Of a DNA stretch of 64,000 bases, positions 17,619-26,108 are shown one piece after another. The DNA lies in the NCBI GenBank assembly GCA_046703525.1, contig JBJKSW010000004.1, positions 11,638-75,637 of the forward strand, read 5' to 3'. Numbering within the stretch: position 1 is the stretch's first letter; each line of letters starts with the position of its first letter. The DNA is from Thermoplasmataceae archaeon. GTDB lineage: Archaea > Thermoplasmatota > Thermoplasmata > Thermoplasmatales > Thermoplasmataceae. Made by a program: the position numbers and the translations under genes. Under the pieces are notes generated by a model, which was not told the origin of the DNA, did no database searches, and was given only the letters and a program-made list of their open reading frames with translations.

Positions 17619-19547
17619 ATGATTAAAGTATACATTGTAACTTCATTTGCCGTTGACATGATTCACTCAGTTGCATTTTCTGGAAATCTTGAAGTTGCTT
17701 CCGGCGTGATGGCTGGTTTTGCCGCGTCCGGCACAGAAGTAATTGTTTATGTACCTGACAGCAAATCTGCAGAATCGGTCAGGAAGCGGGCCCCGGGACT
17801 GGCTGAAAACATGGAATCTGAACGCGGAATTTCCTTCACGTCAGAAATCGGCGACCTCAGGCATGCAGACATGATCATAGATTTGAATGAGTCGGATGAA
17901 AGCAGCTTAAGGTTCCTTGAGGAAGTTGAAAGAGTGGTTGGCGAAGACTGCATTATACTTATCTCTCCCGTACGGAACAGAACTTCGAAGCTTTATGGCA
18001 GATGCATTCATCCTGAACGGTTTGCAGGCATTACCCTGACAGATATTTCAGGTTCAACGCCCCTGGCAGAAGTGATAAGCCTCGGGAGGACTTCAACCAG
18101 AACAGTTTCTTCTGCCAAGGAGGCCTTTGCCGATGCAGGGGCAGCAGTGGTTGTAGTTCATTCAGAAATCCCATTTTCGGTCCCTGAAGTAATATTACAC
18201 GGATACCTGGAAGGTGTAGCCAGCATTATGGATGCAGGCTGGTCAATAAAAGACGTGGATACCATGGTCAGATACAGATTCAATACCCCGATTCTCCCCA
18301 GCAGCATACTTTCTTATTCCGGATCACGTAAAATCACGTTTTCATTTGAACAGAATGCAGGGTATGCCGGGAGCAGAAAACTTTCAGAGCGTCTGGAAGC
18401 ACATAGTGAACATGAAAGCAGGAGCCATTCTGCAGGAAATATTCCGGAATCAGCGGATGATATCATAGCCTACATGATGAATCCTGTGGATATCCTGAAA
18501 GGAGTCCTGGTGAGCTGCATCAGGGTCCTTTCAACCGGCAATGCCTCTATTGAAGAAATTGGCAAGGCAGTTTCAGCGTGCACAGGCTGGGCTGAGGGGA
18601 TTTTTGAGATCTGTGACATGATTGGGCTTGAATCAATGGCTGCATTTCTGAAGGACACGGAATGCATTGATTCAGACTGCAAACTCGCTCTGGACATGCT
18701 TGAGAATCTGATCACAAAGGGAAAATCCGGAACCCTGAATGGGCAAGGATTCTTGGCGTGGGAAGCAGAATTCGATAATCTTGGACCCGTGAATTACACC
18801 AGTGCTGGCCATACAGCATACATAACAATGAAAAGAGAGGAGAAGCTCAACGCGCTGAACGAAGAAATGTGGGCAGGCCTATTGAAATCATTTAAGCGAG
18901 CAGAGGAAGATGATGATGTCAAACAGGTTGTGCTTCAGGGCTCAAGCAATGCATTCTCGGCCGGCGACGACATTTCCATGATGGCGGGGTGGAACGGCAC
19001 GGATGCGGAAACCTGGATGGCAACATATGCGGATCCGCTTGTGAAACTCCTGCTTCACTACAGTAAACCGGTAATAGCCGCGGTGAAAGGAATAGCAGCA
19101 GGCGGCGGCTGCGAACTCCTGATGCTTTGCGACATTGTCATATCTTCAGAGAACGCAGTTTTTTCAATCCCGGAGGGGAGGATTGGTGCAATGCCGCCAA
19201 TTGCTTCCTCCCTTGGTTATGGAGTTATCAGCAGAAGGCTCCTGAGGTACGCTCTCACTGGTGAACAATTCTCTGCGAAGACTGCATGGATGCTTGGTCT
19301 GGCAGACATATTAGTCGATTCTTCCCAGATTGGTTTCACTGTTTATGAGATCATAAAAAAACTCGGTACTGTTTCGTCGGTGTCACACAATTCAGTGAAA
19401 AAAGTGTCAAATCAGGTTAAGGATATTATGGCTGAAGCGATCGATTCGGGAAAGAAGGAGCTTGTCCGCCTTTCTGGAACCGATGAATTCAAGGAGGGGC
19501 AGAAAGCATTTATCAACAGGAGAAAACAAAACTGGAGGAATAAATGA
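17619..19547 (+). CDS. Fusion protein: 3-hydroxyacyl-CoA-dehydrogenase-like N-terminal region (motif-degenerate) plus enoyl-CoA hydratase (crotonase) C-terminal domain
   Basis: The C-terminal part has crotonase motifs (NAFSAGDDI; KPVIAAVKGIAAGGGCELLMLCD; SIPEGRIGAMPP). The N-terminal part has HAD-like architecture but lacks GxGxxG. The track start 17589 is TTG; an ATG lies at 17619. Confidence 0.75.
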   Translation: MIKVYIVTSFAVDMIHSVAFSGNLEVASGVMAGFAASGTEVIVYVPDSKSAESVRKRAPGLAENMESERGISFTSEIGDLRHADMIIDLNESDESSLRFLEEVERVVGEDCIILISPVRNRTSKLYGRCIHPERFAGITLTDISGSTPLAEVISLGRTSTRTVSSAKEAFADAGAAVVVVHSEIPFSVPEVILHGYLEGVASIMDAGWSIKDVDTMVRYRFNTPILPSSILSYSGSRKITFSFEQNAGYAGSRKLSERLEAHSEHESRSHSAGNIPESADDIIAYMMNPVDILKGVLVSCIRVLSTGNASIEEIGKAVSACTGWAEGIFEICDMIGLESMAAFLKDTECIDSDCKLALDMLENLITKGKSGTLNGQGFLAWEAEFDNLGPVNYTSAGHTAYITMKREEKLNALNEEMWAGLLKSFKRAEEDDDVKQVVLQGSSNAFSAGDDISMMAGWNGTDAETWMATYADPLVKLLLHYSKPVIAAVKGIAAGGGCELLMLCDIVISSENAVFSIPEGRIGAMPPIASSLGYGVISRRLLRYALTGEQFSAKTAWMLGLADILVDSSQIGFTVYEIIKKLGTVSSVSHNSVKKVSNQVKDIMAEAIDSGKKELVRLSGTDEFKEGQKAFINRRKQNWRNK

Positions 19548-20713
19548 CAGAAGTGTTCGGGAGAAAAGTTTCAGGAATGGAATTGAAAGATGAACAGAAA
19601 GCGGTGTTAGACACCTTTGAAGAATACTGCAGGAGAAAACTCCCAGCTCACAGGAAAAACTGGGAAATTGAGAAAAAATTTCCGCCTCTGCTGATGAAGG
19701 AAATCGGTGTAATACTGGGGGACGCGCTGATTTCTGAAAACCAGGAGGAAAGATTAGATGAAACCACCTCCGGATATCTCTCAGAAATAATGGGCAGATA
19801 CGGAATGCCTGTTCCTGCGTTCCTGACGCTTCACTTTTCCAAACTCATACCGCACATCAGGGACAGAGAGAAGAGGGAACATTACAGGTCAATGCTCAGG
19901 AATGGCAACCTGTTGCTCTGTGGAGCCTTTTCTGAACCTGGATGCGGATCAGATTCTGCTTCCATAAGGACTGTGGCATTACCCGGTAATGAAAAATTCA
20001 CAGTGAATGGAGAGAAATCGTTCGTAAGCAGCCCGGGAATGGCCAATGCTTTCATGTTTTCGGCAAGAACTTCCGGTGAACACGGGAACCACAGGGGAAT
20101 AAGCCTTATGATCGCTGAATCCGGCATTCCGGGATTGGAGCCGTACTCTATAGACAGCATGGCAACAGAGATAGAGGGTGATTTCGGAGGGGTCAGGTTG
20201 CAGAACGTGGAACTCGAAAAGAATTCCATTATAGGGGAAATAGACAGAGGATTCTATCTTCTGATGGACACTTTCAATGTTCAGAGAGTGCATGTTGCTC
20301 TCTATTCCCTCGGAATTGCTGAGGCAAGCCTTGAGGAAGCAATTGAATATTCTCGCATGCGAAATGCTTTCGGCAATCCTATTTCGAAATATCAGGCGGT
20401 TTCTTTCAGGATTGCAGAGAACTGGGTCAGGGTAGAGGCTTCGAGATTGCTTGCATTCAGGGCCCTGTCATCCGGAAACAGCAGTGAGGAGAACAGCCTT
20501 TACGGTGCAGCCACAAAATGGTATGCGTGCGAAAATGCCTTCCATGCCGTTGATGATTCCCTCCAGACTTTGGGTGCATCGGGGTACGTCAGAACATCAG
20601 ACATGGAAAGGCGGTTCAGAATGTCCAGGGGATTTCTGATAGGGGACGGAACCCCGGATATTCAGAAACTGATTATTTCAAGAAGCCTGCTTGGAAGGGA
20701 TGCGGCACCATGA
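19544..20713 (+). CDS. Acyl-CoA dehydrogenase family protein
   Basis: FSEPGCGSD, the ..GEKSFVS.. middle domain, and the C-terminal ..LQTLGASGY..ERRFR..IGDGTPDIQKLIISRSL all match the ACAD fold. ATGA overlaps the upstream gene, and a GGAGG RBS is present. Confidence 0.85.
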   Translation: MTEVFGRKVSGMELKDEQKAVLDTFEEYCRRKLPAHRKNWEIEKKFPPLLMKEIGVILGDALISENQEERLDETTSGYLSEIMGRYGMPVPAFLTLHFSKLIPHIRDREKREHYRSMLRNGNLLLCGAFSEPGCGSDSASIRTVALPGNEKFTVNGEKSFVSSPGMANAFMFSARTSGEHGNHRGISLMIAESGIPGLEPYSIDSMATEIEGDFGGVRLQNVELEKNSIIGEIDRGFYLLMDTFNVQRVHVALYSLGIAEASLEEAIEYSRMRNAFGNPISKYQAVSFRIAENWVRVEASRLLAFRALSSGNSSEENSLYGAATKWYACENAFHAVDDSLQTLGASGYVRTSDMERRFRMSRGFLIGDGTPDIQKLIISRSLLGRDAAP

Positions 20714-20731
20714 GCCCGATTTCAGGTACAA

Positions 20732-21685
20732 TCAGTGCATAAGCGTGCCAAGTGTTTCCACCTGCTCAACTATGTTCTCATGGTTTCCCCTGTGGGGCAT
20801 CATCCAGTGCCTGGATAGCGACTTGAAAAAGTTTATTTTCTTCGATGTCTCGACAATGTAATAATTTGTAAGCTTCCCGGGCTCAACCTTCATTCTGTAG
20901 AAAACCGGGCCGGAATACTGTTCCACAACATTTTCGTAGAAATCCTTCATGAAATGGGAGCTGAACTGGAATTCATATAGCCTCTCTGATTCATCAACTG
21001 TAATATGGCTTGCACTGCCAAGCACAGTCGAGTTTTCCAGCTTTGCGATCATTGATATCCTTCCGTTGTTTTCGAAGTACTTCGGTATAAATGTCCCATT
21101 GTTCTGGAAAACACCTTCATTTTCGATCTTCACGGTCTCGGAGTCAAAATTCCAGCCAGTTTTCACAAAGAGGAAGTTGTCCAGAGGATCGGTTTCAGAA
21201 AAATAGTATGAGAGGAGCTTGGACAGGCCATTCTGTTCTTTGCCGTAATATATGAGGTTTGACTCAATCTCTTCAACATTGCTTACAAAATCAAGAATCA
21301 ATGACGATGCTTTGGGAATGGCACTTTCATGGAATTCAACCAGGAAATAAAGGTCGCCGCCCTTCTGCAGGACATTTGGAGATATCCTGCACCCTGGCGT
21401 AGCTGTAATGCCGTTTATGGCATCCCAGGACTGGGATGGCAGGCCTATCTGCAGCATGTCTCCCTTGCTGACTGCTCCAGATTTGGAATCGATGGATTTG
21501 AGGTATTCGTTTAACGGCCTGATTTCCTGATCAGAAAGACGCCGTCCCACGTTCTGGTAGAGGAACCATCCGTTATCCACTTTCACCATGAAATGAAAAT
21601 GGTCTCTTCCAGGTTCCTTAAGGTCGGTGATTTTTATGTGCTCGGGTATCAGATCTTTTACTTCAACCACAGCACAGTGGTTCAT
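20732..21685 (-). CDS. Hypothetical protein, no recognisable domain
   Basis: This is a long ORF with protein-like composition. The track start 21757 is TTG; the first ATG is at 21685 (MNHCAVVEV..). The true start is uncertain. Confidence 0.5.
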   Translation of the reverse strand: MNHCAVVEVKDLIPEHIKITDLKEPGRDHFHFMVKVDNGWFLYQNVGRRLSDQEIRPLNEYLKSIDSKSGAVSKGDMLQIGLPSQSWDAINGITATPGCRISPNVLQKGGDLYFLVEFHESAIPKASSLILDFVSNVEEIESNLIYYGKEQNGLSKLLSYYFSETDPLDNFLFVKTGWNFDSETVKIENEGVFQNNGTFIPKYFENNGRISMIAKLENSTVLGSASHITVDESERLYEFQFSSHFMKDFYENVVEQYSGPVFYRMKVEPGKLTNYYIVETSKKINFFKSLSRHWMMPHRGNHENIVEQVETLGTLMH

Positions 21686-22260
21686 TAGCGAGGTACCAAC
21701 AACATCGTTGAGCTTCTCAAGCAATTCTAATCTGTAAAAGATAATAACGATTACCAATTAAAGCTATTGCCTTAGATATTTATCAGTAAAAACGCCTGGA
21801 CAGCTGGCTGGGTGGCATTTGGTGATTCAAGATGCCTTCTGAATCCTTTCTATTCAGTTGCAGCAGCTCCTGTAGAAAGAAGACTGAACAGAAGAATCAG
21901 CCTTTGTTGAAAATGCAGTATTCAAAAAGATGGAAAACCACATTTTTCTGAGTCACTTTTGCAGACGTGATCTGCTGTCCCGCTTTCAGGGCGCATCCCA
22001 TCTCCGCCCGACAAGTGCAATAAAAGTGCAGAGTCTTTCTGCAGATATGCCTCCGGTTGTCCCGCTGGCCCTTCACGATGCCTGAATCACCCAAATGAGA
22101 AGAATATAATATGGATTCTCATCATTTCTTCTTCTATCCTGGATGAAACAGTATCCATGGCAAATGATGCCGATTTACAACATGGCTGTTAAAATCAAAA
22201 GAAGAAATGATGTTTAACATAAATCACTGGCTGTATAACATCCCGAAAGTGATGCACTTA

Positions 22261-25200
22261 TTATTTTTCCCCCCTCCGCAACAGATAATACAGCATCACT
22301 GAAACTGCCAGTGCGGATCCGTAGACACCTATAACAAGCAGTATTCCGGCCCAAACATATCCTGCATCTCTTGAAAACTGTATGCTGACAATGTGGTCAC
22401 CGTCTGTGACATTGACGTATCCAGCTCCAGAACTGGAATGGAACCCTCTGACTTCGGAAATTGTGTATGTGTAGTTGCCGTAGGGGACTCTGAATGTAAT
22501 GGACGTGTCACTGCTGTTGGCAATGGATCCATTGAATGCAATTCCCCATCCAGTACCTGATGGCAGCCCGCTTATCTTAAAGGTAACGTTGTATATGTTC
22601 AGTGTGAATGTCACTTCTGTGTAGATGTCACCGTCCAGTATCTCTACTGTGCCGGAAGATTTTTCTGAGCCATACTGAACAGGGACATTGATATTGTAAT
22701 TGTACACTCCGTTCTCCAGCATCAGATAGACGCTGTTGACGGACGATGACGCATGGAATCCTCCAATGTCCACTGACCACTGCGTTCCGTCAGGAAGCCC
22801 GTTTACCTTGAAGGTTGCCCTGTGAAGTGTGTATGAAAATGTCACTGCATAAGATAAGTCTGAGCCATCCACTGTAACTTCTCCACCGGACGGGCTGATA
22901 TTGAAGTGATCCGGTCCGCTAACGCTGTAATCATAAGTTCCGTTAGTTAAGCCGAATGTTATGTTGTCCTCCGATGAAGTGATTGAACTTCCTGACATGC
23001 TGACAGTCCAGTTAAGGCCGCCGACAAGGCCTGTTTGCACAAAACTGATGCTGTATGTTACTGGAACAAAGGAAACATTCACATTCACGTCTGACCCAGA
23101 TATTATGATGTACCCGCTAAGGTATGAAGATGTGTATCTTGAATCCCTTGTAAAATTGTAAAAGTGTGTCCCGTCGCGTGCCTGAAGTGTGATTGATGTA
23201 TTCTGCCCTCCGGCATAATTTCCGTCAAAGGTTACACCCCAGTGCAGCCCCTTTCCGTATCCGTTTATTGAGAATGTTACGTTGTGCAAAGGTGTTATAA
23301 GCGGATGATAGTCTCCGCCGTTTGCAATTGCTCCAGAACAGTTGTAAGGTATGTTCCCATCGAAATGCGTCCAGTAGTTGCCTCCCTGGTAATCCACATC
23401 CACTATAGATCCGGTAAGGACTGCGCCATTAACTGAGTTACTGTAATTGAGCGGCTGCACTGAAGTAAGATTCCAGTCGTTTGAAAATGCTGCAAGTGAT
23501 CCGGAATCAAACATATCATGGCCAGGGCTGTACGCAGATTTGACAGAATCAAAAAAGTTGTTGTAGATCAGATTTCCTGAGCTGAACATTTGTAATGCAG
23601 AAGGGTTGAGCCCGGACAGTGTGTTTTCCAGGCGGTCTCCCTTCTGCCTGGCAGCATCATGGAAGTAGTTGCCCCAGATAACTCCGTTTCCGCTTTCATT
23701 ATCCGGGTTGTATATGAGAAGCGATGTCCCCATGCTGTGGAAGACATTCGAGCTAATGAGGAAGATGTGTGAATCAATAAATTCTAGATCCGCAGGTCCA
23801 TAAGACTTCATGAAGGGAGTTGCCCAACCGGAAATGTCGGTGAATCCTGTAACAGTTATGCCGGAAGTGTGATAGAACACAGAGTTCAGGTTGTTGTTTT
23901 CCGGAATGCCCAGAGTTGAGACCTGAATGCTGCAGTATTTTGTGAGATTCACGGAGAATGCCGGAATATCAATGAATTTCGCATAACTCACTGTATTCCT
24001 TACAAATATGCCTGAAAAGGCCGGAAAACCGAAGCTGTTTAGTCTGCTGAAAAGTGGGTTAATGCTGCTTGCAACGGTTCCTGCCACTACATATGGGTCT
24101 TCCATGCTTCCGTTGCCCTGAACTGAGAGATTGGCGCCATTCTGCAACTCCGACAACTGTGCCAGCTGATTATCCCCCGATGCATACAGGGGAGTATAAA
24201 TGCCGAATGTACTGTTGAAAGAAAGGGTTGCATTGACATAGCTGGAAGTTTCATTGCCTTCTCCTCCGCCATGGCCTCCGCCCCCGCCACCGCCTCCTCC
24301 ACAGCCTCCGCTGTCTTCTTCACCGTCGGCGGATCCTTCTGCAATGATGGTGAAATACTCTGGAGCGTGGTTGCTCATTAATATCATTCCTGAGTAAGAG
24401 ATTCTTCCTGGAAGCGAAAACTTGAAACTTCCGTTCTCTCCAATCGGTGCCCATGCTGCAGTTCTGTTATCGAAAGAAGTGCCCATGCTTACAAATACGA
24501 AAGCGTTTGAAGGCGATATTGTGCCCTTGATATTTACAGCTCCTGAGTGGCTCACCTGGGAACCCCACATTGACACAAGAATAGACGGTCCGGAACTGAG
24601 ATGTATCCTTGGTTTCATCAACGATGACCACCAGGAAGAGAGCCCCTGTACAGTTTCACCCGTGTTAGATCCATAATTGTAAGCTGCCGGAAGCCTGGTA
24701 TAAATTCCTGTCGGTCCCATGAACATCAACTGAAGCTGTCCGTTTGCACTGTACACAGTCGTGGTGCTTCCGCCGCCCGGGCCTCCGATCACGAGTTCAG
24801 CATCATACAGAAGACCTGAGGCAGTCTTCTGGAATCCGTCAACTCTGAAATCAGCCGATTTTGAGACGGAATTTCCTGAATTGAAGACCACAGTGTCAAA
24901 TACTACAGGAGATGATGCATTTCCAAGATCACCTGTGCCGGTGGAATACGAGAAGTAAACGGCATCATTGCCGTCGTAGACGCCGGATGTGACATAGAGG
25001 AACAGTGATGTCTCTCCGCCAAGAATAATTGTCGGCCCAACGGAATAGTAAAATAGCCCGTCAGACACAGTTCCATTTCCAGAAGCAATTGTTCCTGCGG
25101 GAAATTCCAGTGATTCACTGGAAAGATTCCATATGTTTGCAACCAGTGTCACTTCACCAGTTTGTGGAGTGAAAAGAGCTACATTCTTTACCCAGAAGTC

Positions 25201-25710
25201 GTATCCGGAATTACCTGTCACTGTTACGCCGCTCATAACAGCGCTCAGCTGGATTGAAACTGATTCCGGGTTGTCACTTAGCGGATAGAATGTGTCAAGC
25301 GTCTCAAACATGGCCGATCCCATGAACCCTGGTGTCTCGTATACATACGGTATGTTCAAATTTGGCTCCATAAACCCGTAATCAGCCAGCCCCATTGGAG
25401 CGGGAGCAGCATCATACAGTCTTGAAACATTGTTGCCGGCCGTTTGCGCAGCACCGATGTTCGGGAGGTAAACATACTTAGAGGGCACAGTTATTTTTTT
25501 CAGACTGTCCATGGCAGGAGCATCCGGTACAGACAACTGACCTGCAGACGAAAGCGAATTCTGCCCAACGTCAGTGTTTTCAGTTGCGTTTTGTATCAGC
25601 ATTGATCCTGAAGAACTGCCGGCATTTCCAGCAAGTACCGACAAAGACGTCAGAGCAACTATAATTGAAATGCCTATTGAAAGCGCCTTGACGAAACGTT
25701 CAGTATTCAT
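22261..25710 (-). CDS. Large secreted, C-terminally membrane-anchored protein: thermopsin (peptidase A5)-like N-terminal domain, Gly-run linker, beta-rich middle region and four ~77-aa repeats
   Basis: It has a signal peptide (MNTERFVKALSIGISIIVALTSLSVLAGNA). PAPMGLADYGF..SIQLSAVM..DFWVKNVALF resembles thermopsin. The C-terminus is a TM helix plus RRGEK. N-x-S/T sequons are dense. The track start is GTG 25719; an ATG lies at 25710. Confidence 0.75.
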   Translation of the reverse strand: MNTERFVKALSIGISIIVALTSLSVLAGNAGSSSGSMLIQNATENTDVGQNSLSSAGQLSVPDAPAMDSLKKITVPSKYVYLPNIGAAQTAGNNVSRLYDAAPAPMGLADYGFMEPNLNIPYVYETPGFMGSAMFETLDTFYPLSDNPESVSIQLSAVMSGVTVTGNSGYDFWVKNVALFTPQTGEVTLVANIWNLSSESLEFPAGTIASGNGTVSDGLFYYSVGPTIILGGETSLFLYVTSGVYDGNDAVYFSYSTGTGDLGNASSPVVFDTVVFNSGNSVSKSADFRVDGFQKTASGLLYDAELVIGGPGGGSTTTVYSANGQLQLMFMGPTGIYTRLPAAYNYGSNTGETVQGLSSWWSSLMKPRIHLSSGPSILVSMWGSQVSHSGAVNIKGTISPSNAFVFVSMGTSFDNRTAAWAPIGENGSFKFSLPGRISYSGMILMSNHAPEYFTIIAEGSADGEEDSGGCGGGGGGGGGHGGGEGNETSSYVNATLSFNSTFGIYTPLYASGDNQLAQLSELQNGANLSVQGNGSMEDPYVVAGTVASSINPLFSRLNSFGFPAFSGIFVRNTVSYAKFIDIPAFSVNLTKYCSIQVSTLGIPENNNLNSVFYHTSGITVTGFTDISGWATPFMKSYGPADLEFIDSHIFLISSNVFHSMGTSLLIYNPDNESGNGVIWGNYFHDAARQKGDRLENTLSGLNPSALQMFSSGNLIYNNFFDSVKSAYSPGHDMFDSGSLAAFSNDWNLTSVQPLNYSNSVNGAVLTGSIVDVDYQGGNYWTHFDGNIPYNCSGAIANGGDYHPLITPLHNVTFSINGYGKGLHWGVTFDGNYAGGQNTSITLQARDGTHFYNFTRDSRYTSSYLSGYIIISGSDVNVNVSFVPVTYSISFVQTGLVGGLNWTVSMSGSSITSSEDNITFGLTNGTYDYSVSGPDHFNISPSGGEVTVDGSDLSYAVTFSYTLHRATFKVNGLPDGTQWSVDIGGFHASSSVNSVYLMLENGVYNYNINVPVQYGSEKSSGTVEILDGDIYTEVTFTLNIYNVTFKISGLPSGTGWGIAFNGSIANSSDTSITFRVPYGNYTYTISEVRGFHSSSGAGYVNVTDGDHIVSIQFSRDAGYVWAGILLVIGVYGSALAVSVMLYYLLRRGEK
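22360..23286 (-). repeat. Four tandem ~76-78-aa protein repeats inside the thermopsin-like gene
   Basis: The units start at HNVTFSINGYG, YSISFVQTGL, RATFKVNGLP and YNVTFKISGLP. Each has the pattern [YH]xxTFxxxGLPxGxxWxVxxxG...SxxFxxxNGxYxY...GxxxVxGxxxxxxVxF. The same repeat type builds the protein at 61536..64000. Confidence 0.7.
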
Positions 25711-25916
25711 AGTGATCACTAAAATATCGACAAATCAGTTTATAAGGTAGCAATCTAATCGGTAAGGATAACTGATTAAGTAGCACAGACAACGGCATTT
25801 TTCTACTTTCTGCAATTTGCTGTCAGTCCACACTGCATAACCGTACTCCGCCATTGTTCAGCATATCAGCGTTGATCAGAAGATGAGTGGAAGTCGATGT
25901 ATCGTGTGAATAAGGA

Positions 25917-25989
25917 CGCCCCGATCGGGATTTGAACCCAAGTCACGGGCTCGACAGGCCCGTATGATCGGCCGCTACACTATCGGGGC
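25917..25989 (-). tRNA. tRNA-Asp (anticodon GUC)
   Basis: The reverse complement is GCCCCGA-TA-GTGTAGCGGCCGATCATAC-GGGCC-TGTCGAG-CCCGT..GGGTTCAAATCCCGATCGGGGC-G, with anticodon loop CU-GUC-GA. It closely resembles canonical archaeal tRNA-Asp. Confidence 0.85.
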
Positions 25990-26060
25990 TGAAACAGCAA
26001 ATACTTAGAGATTATTTATATTTAGCGAAAGCTCAAACCGCGACTTGTTTCCATGTTTTC

Positions 26061-26074
26061 CTGATCCGGATCAG
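26061..26074. promoter_or_regulatory. Perfect 14-bp palindrome CTGATCCGGATCAG just upstream of a TATA-like element of the amidohydrolase gene
   Basis: It is seen directly, 35-48 nt upstream of ATG 26109. A TATA-like ACTATAT follows about 5 nt downstream. Confidence 0.25.
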
Positions 26075-26108
26075 AAAAACTATATCCAATAGGGCTCTAA
26101 AACATTCC

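Noticed and set aside
21897-22094. 65-aa Cys/Arg-rich ORF in the 500-bp gap
   Set aside because: It has odd composition, no motif, and no plausible promoter or RBS. I kept it only as part of the 'unexplained gap' finding.
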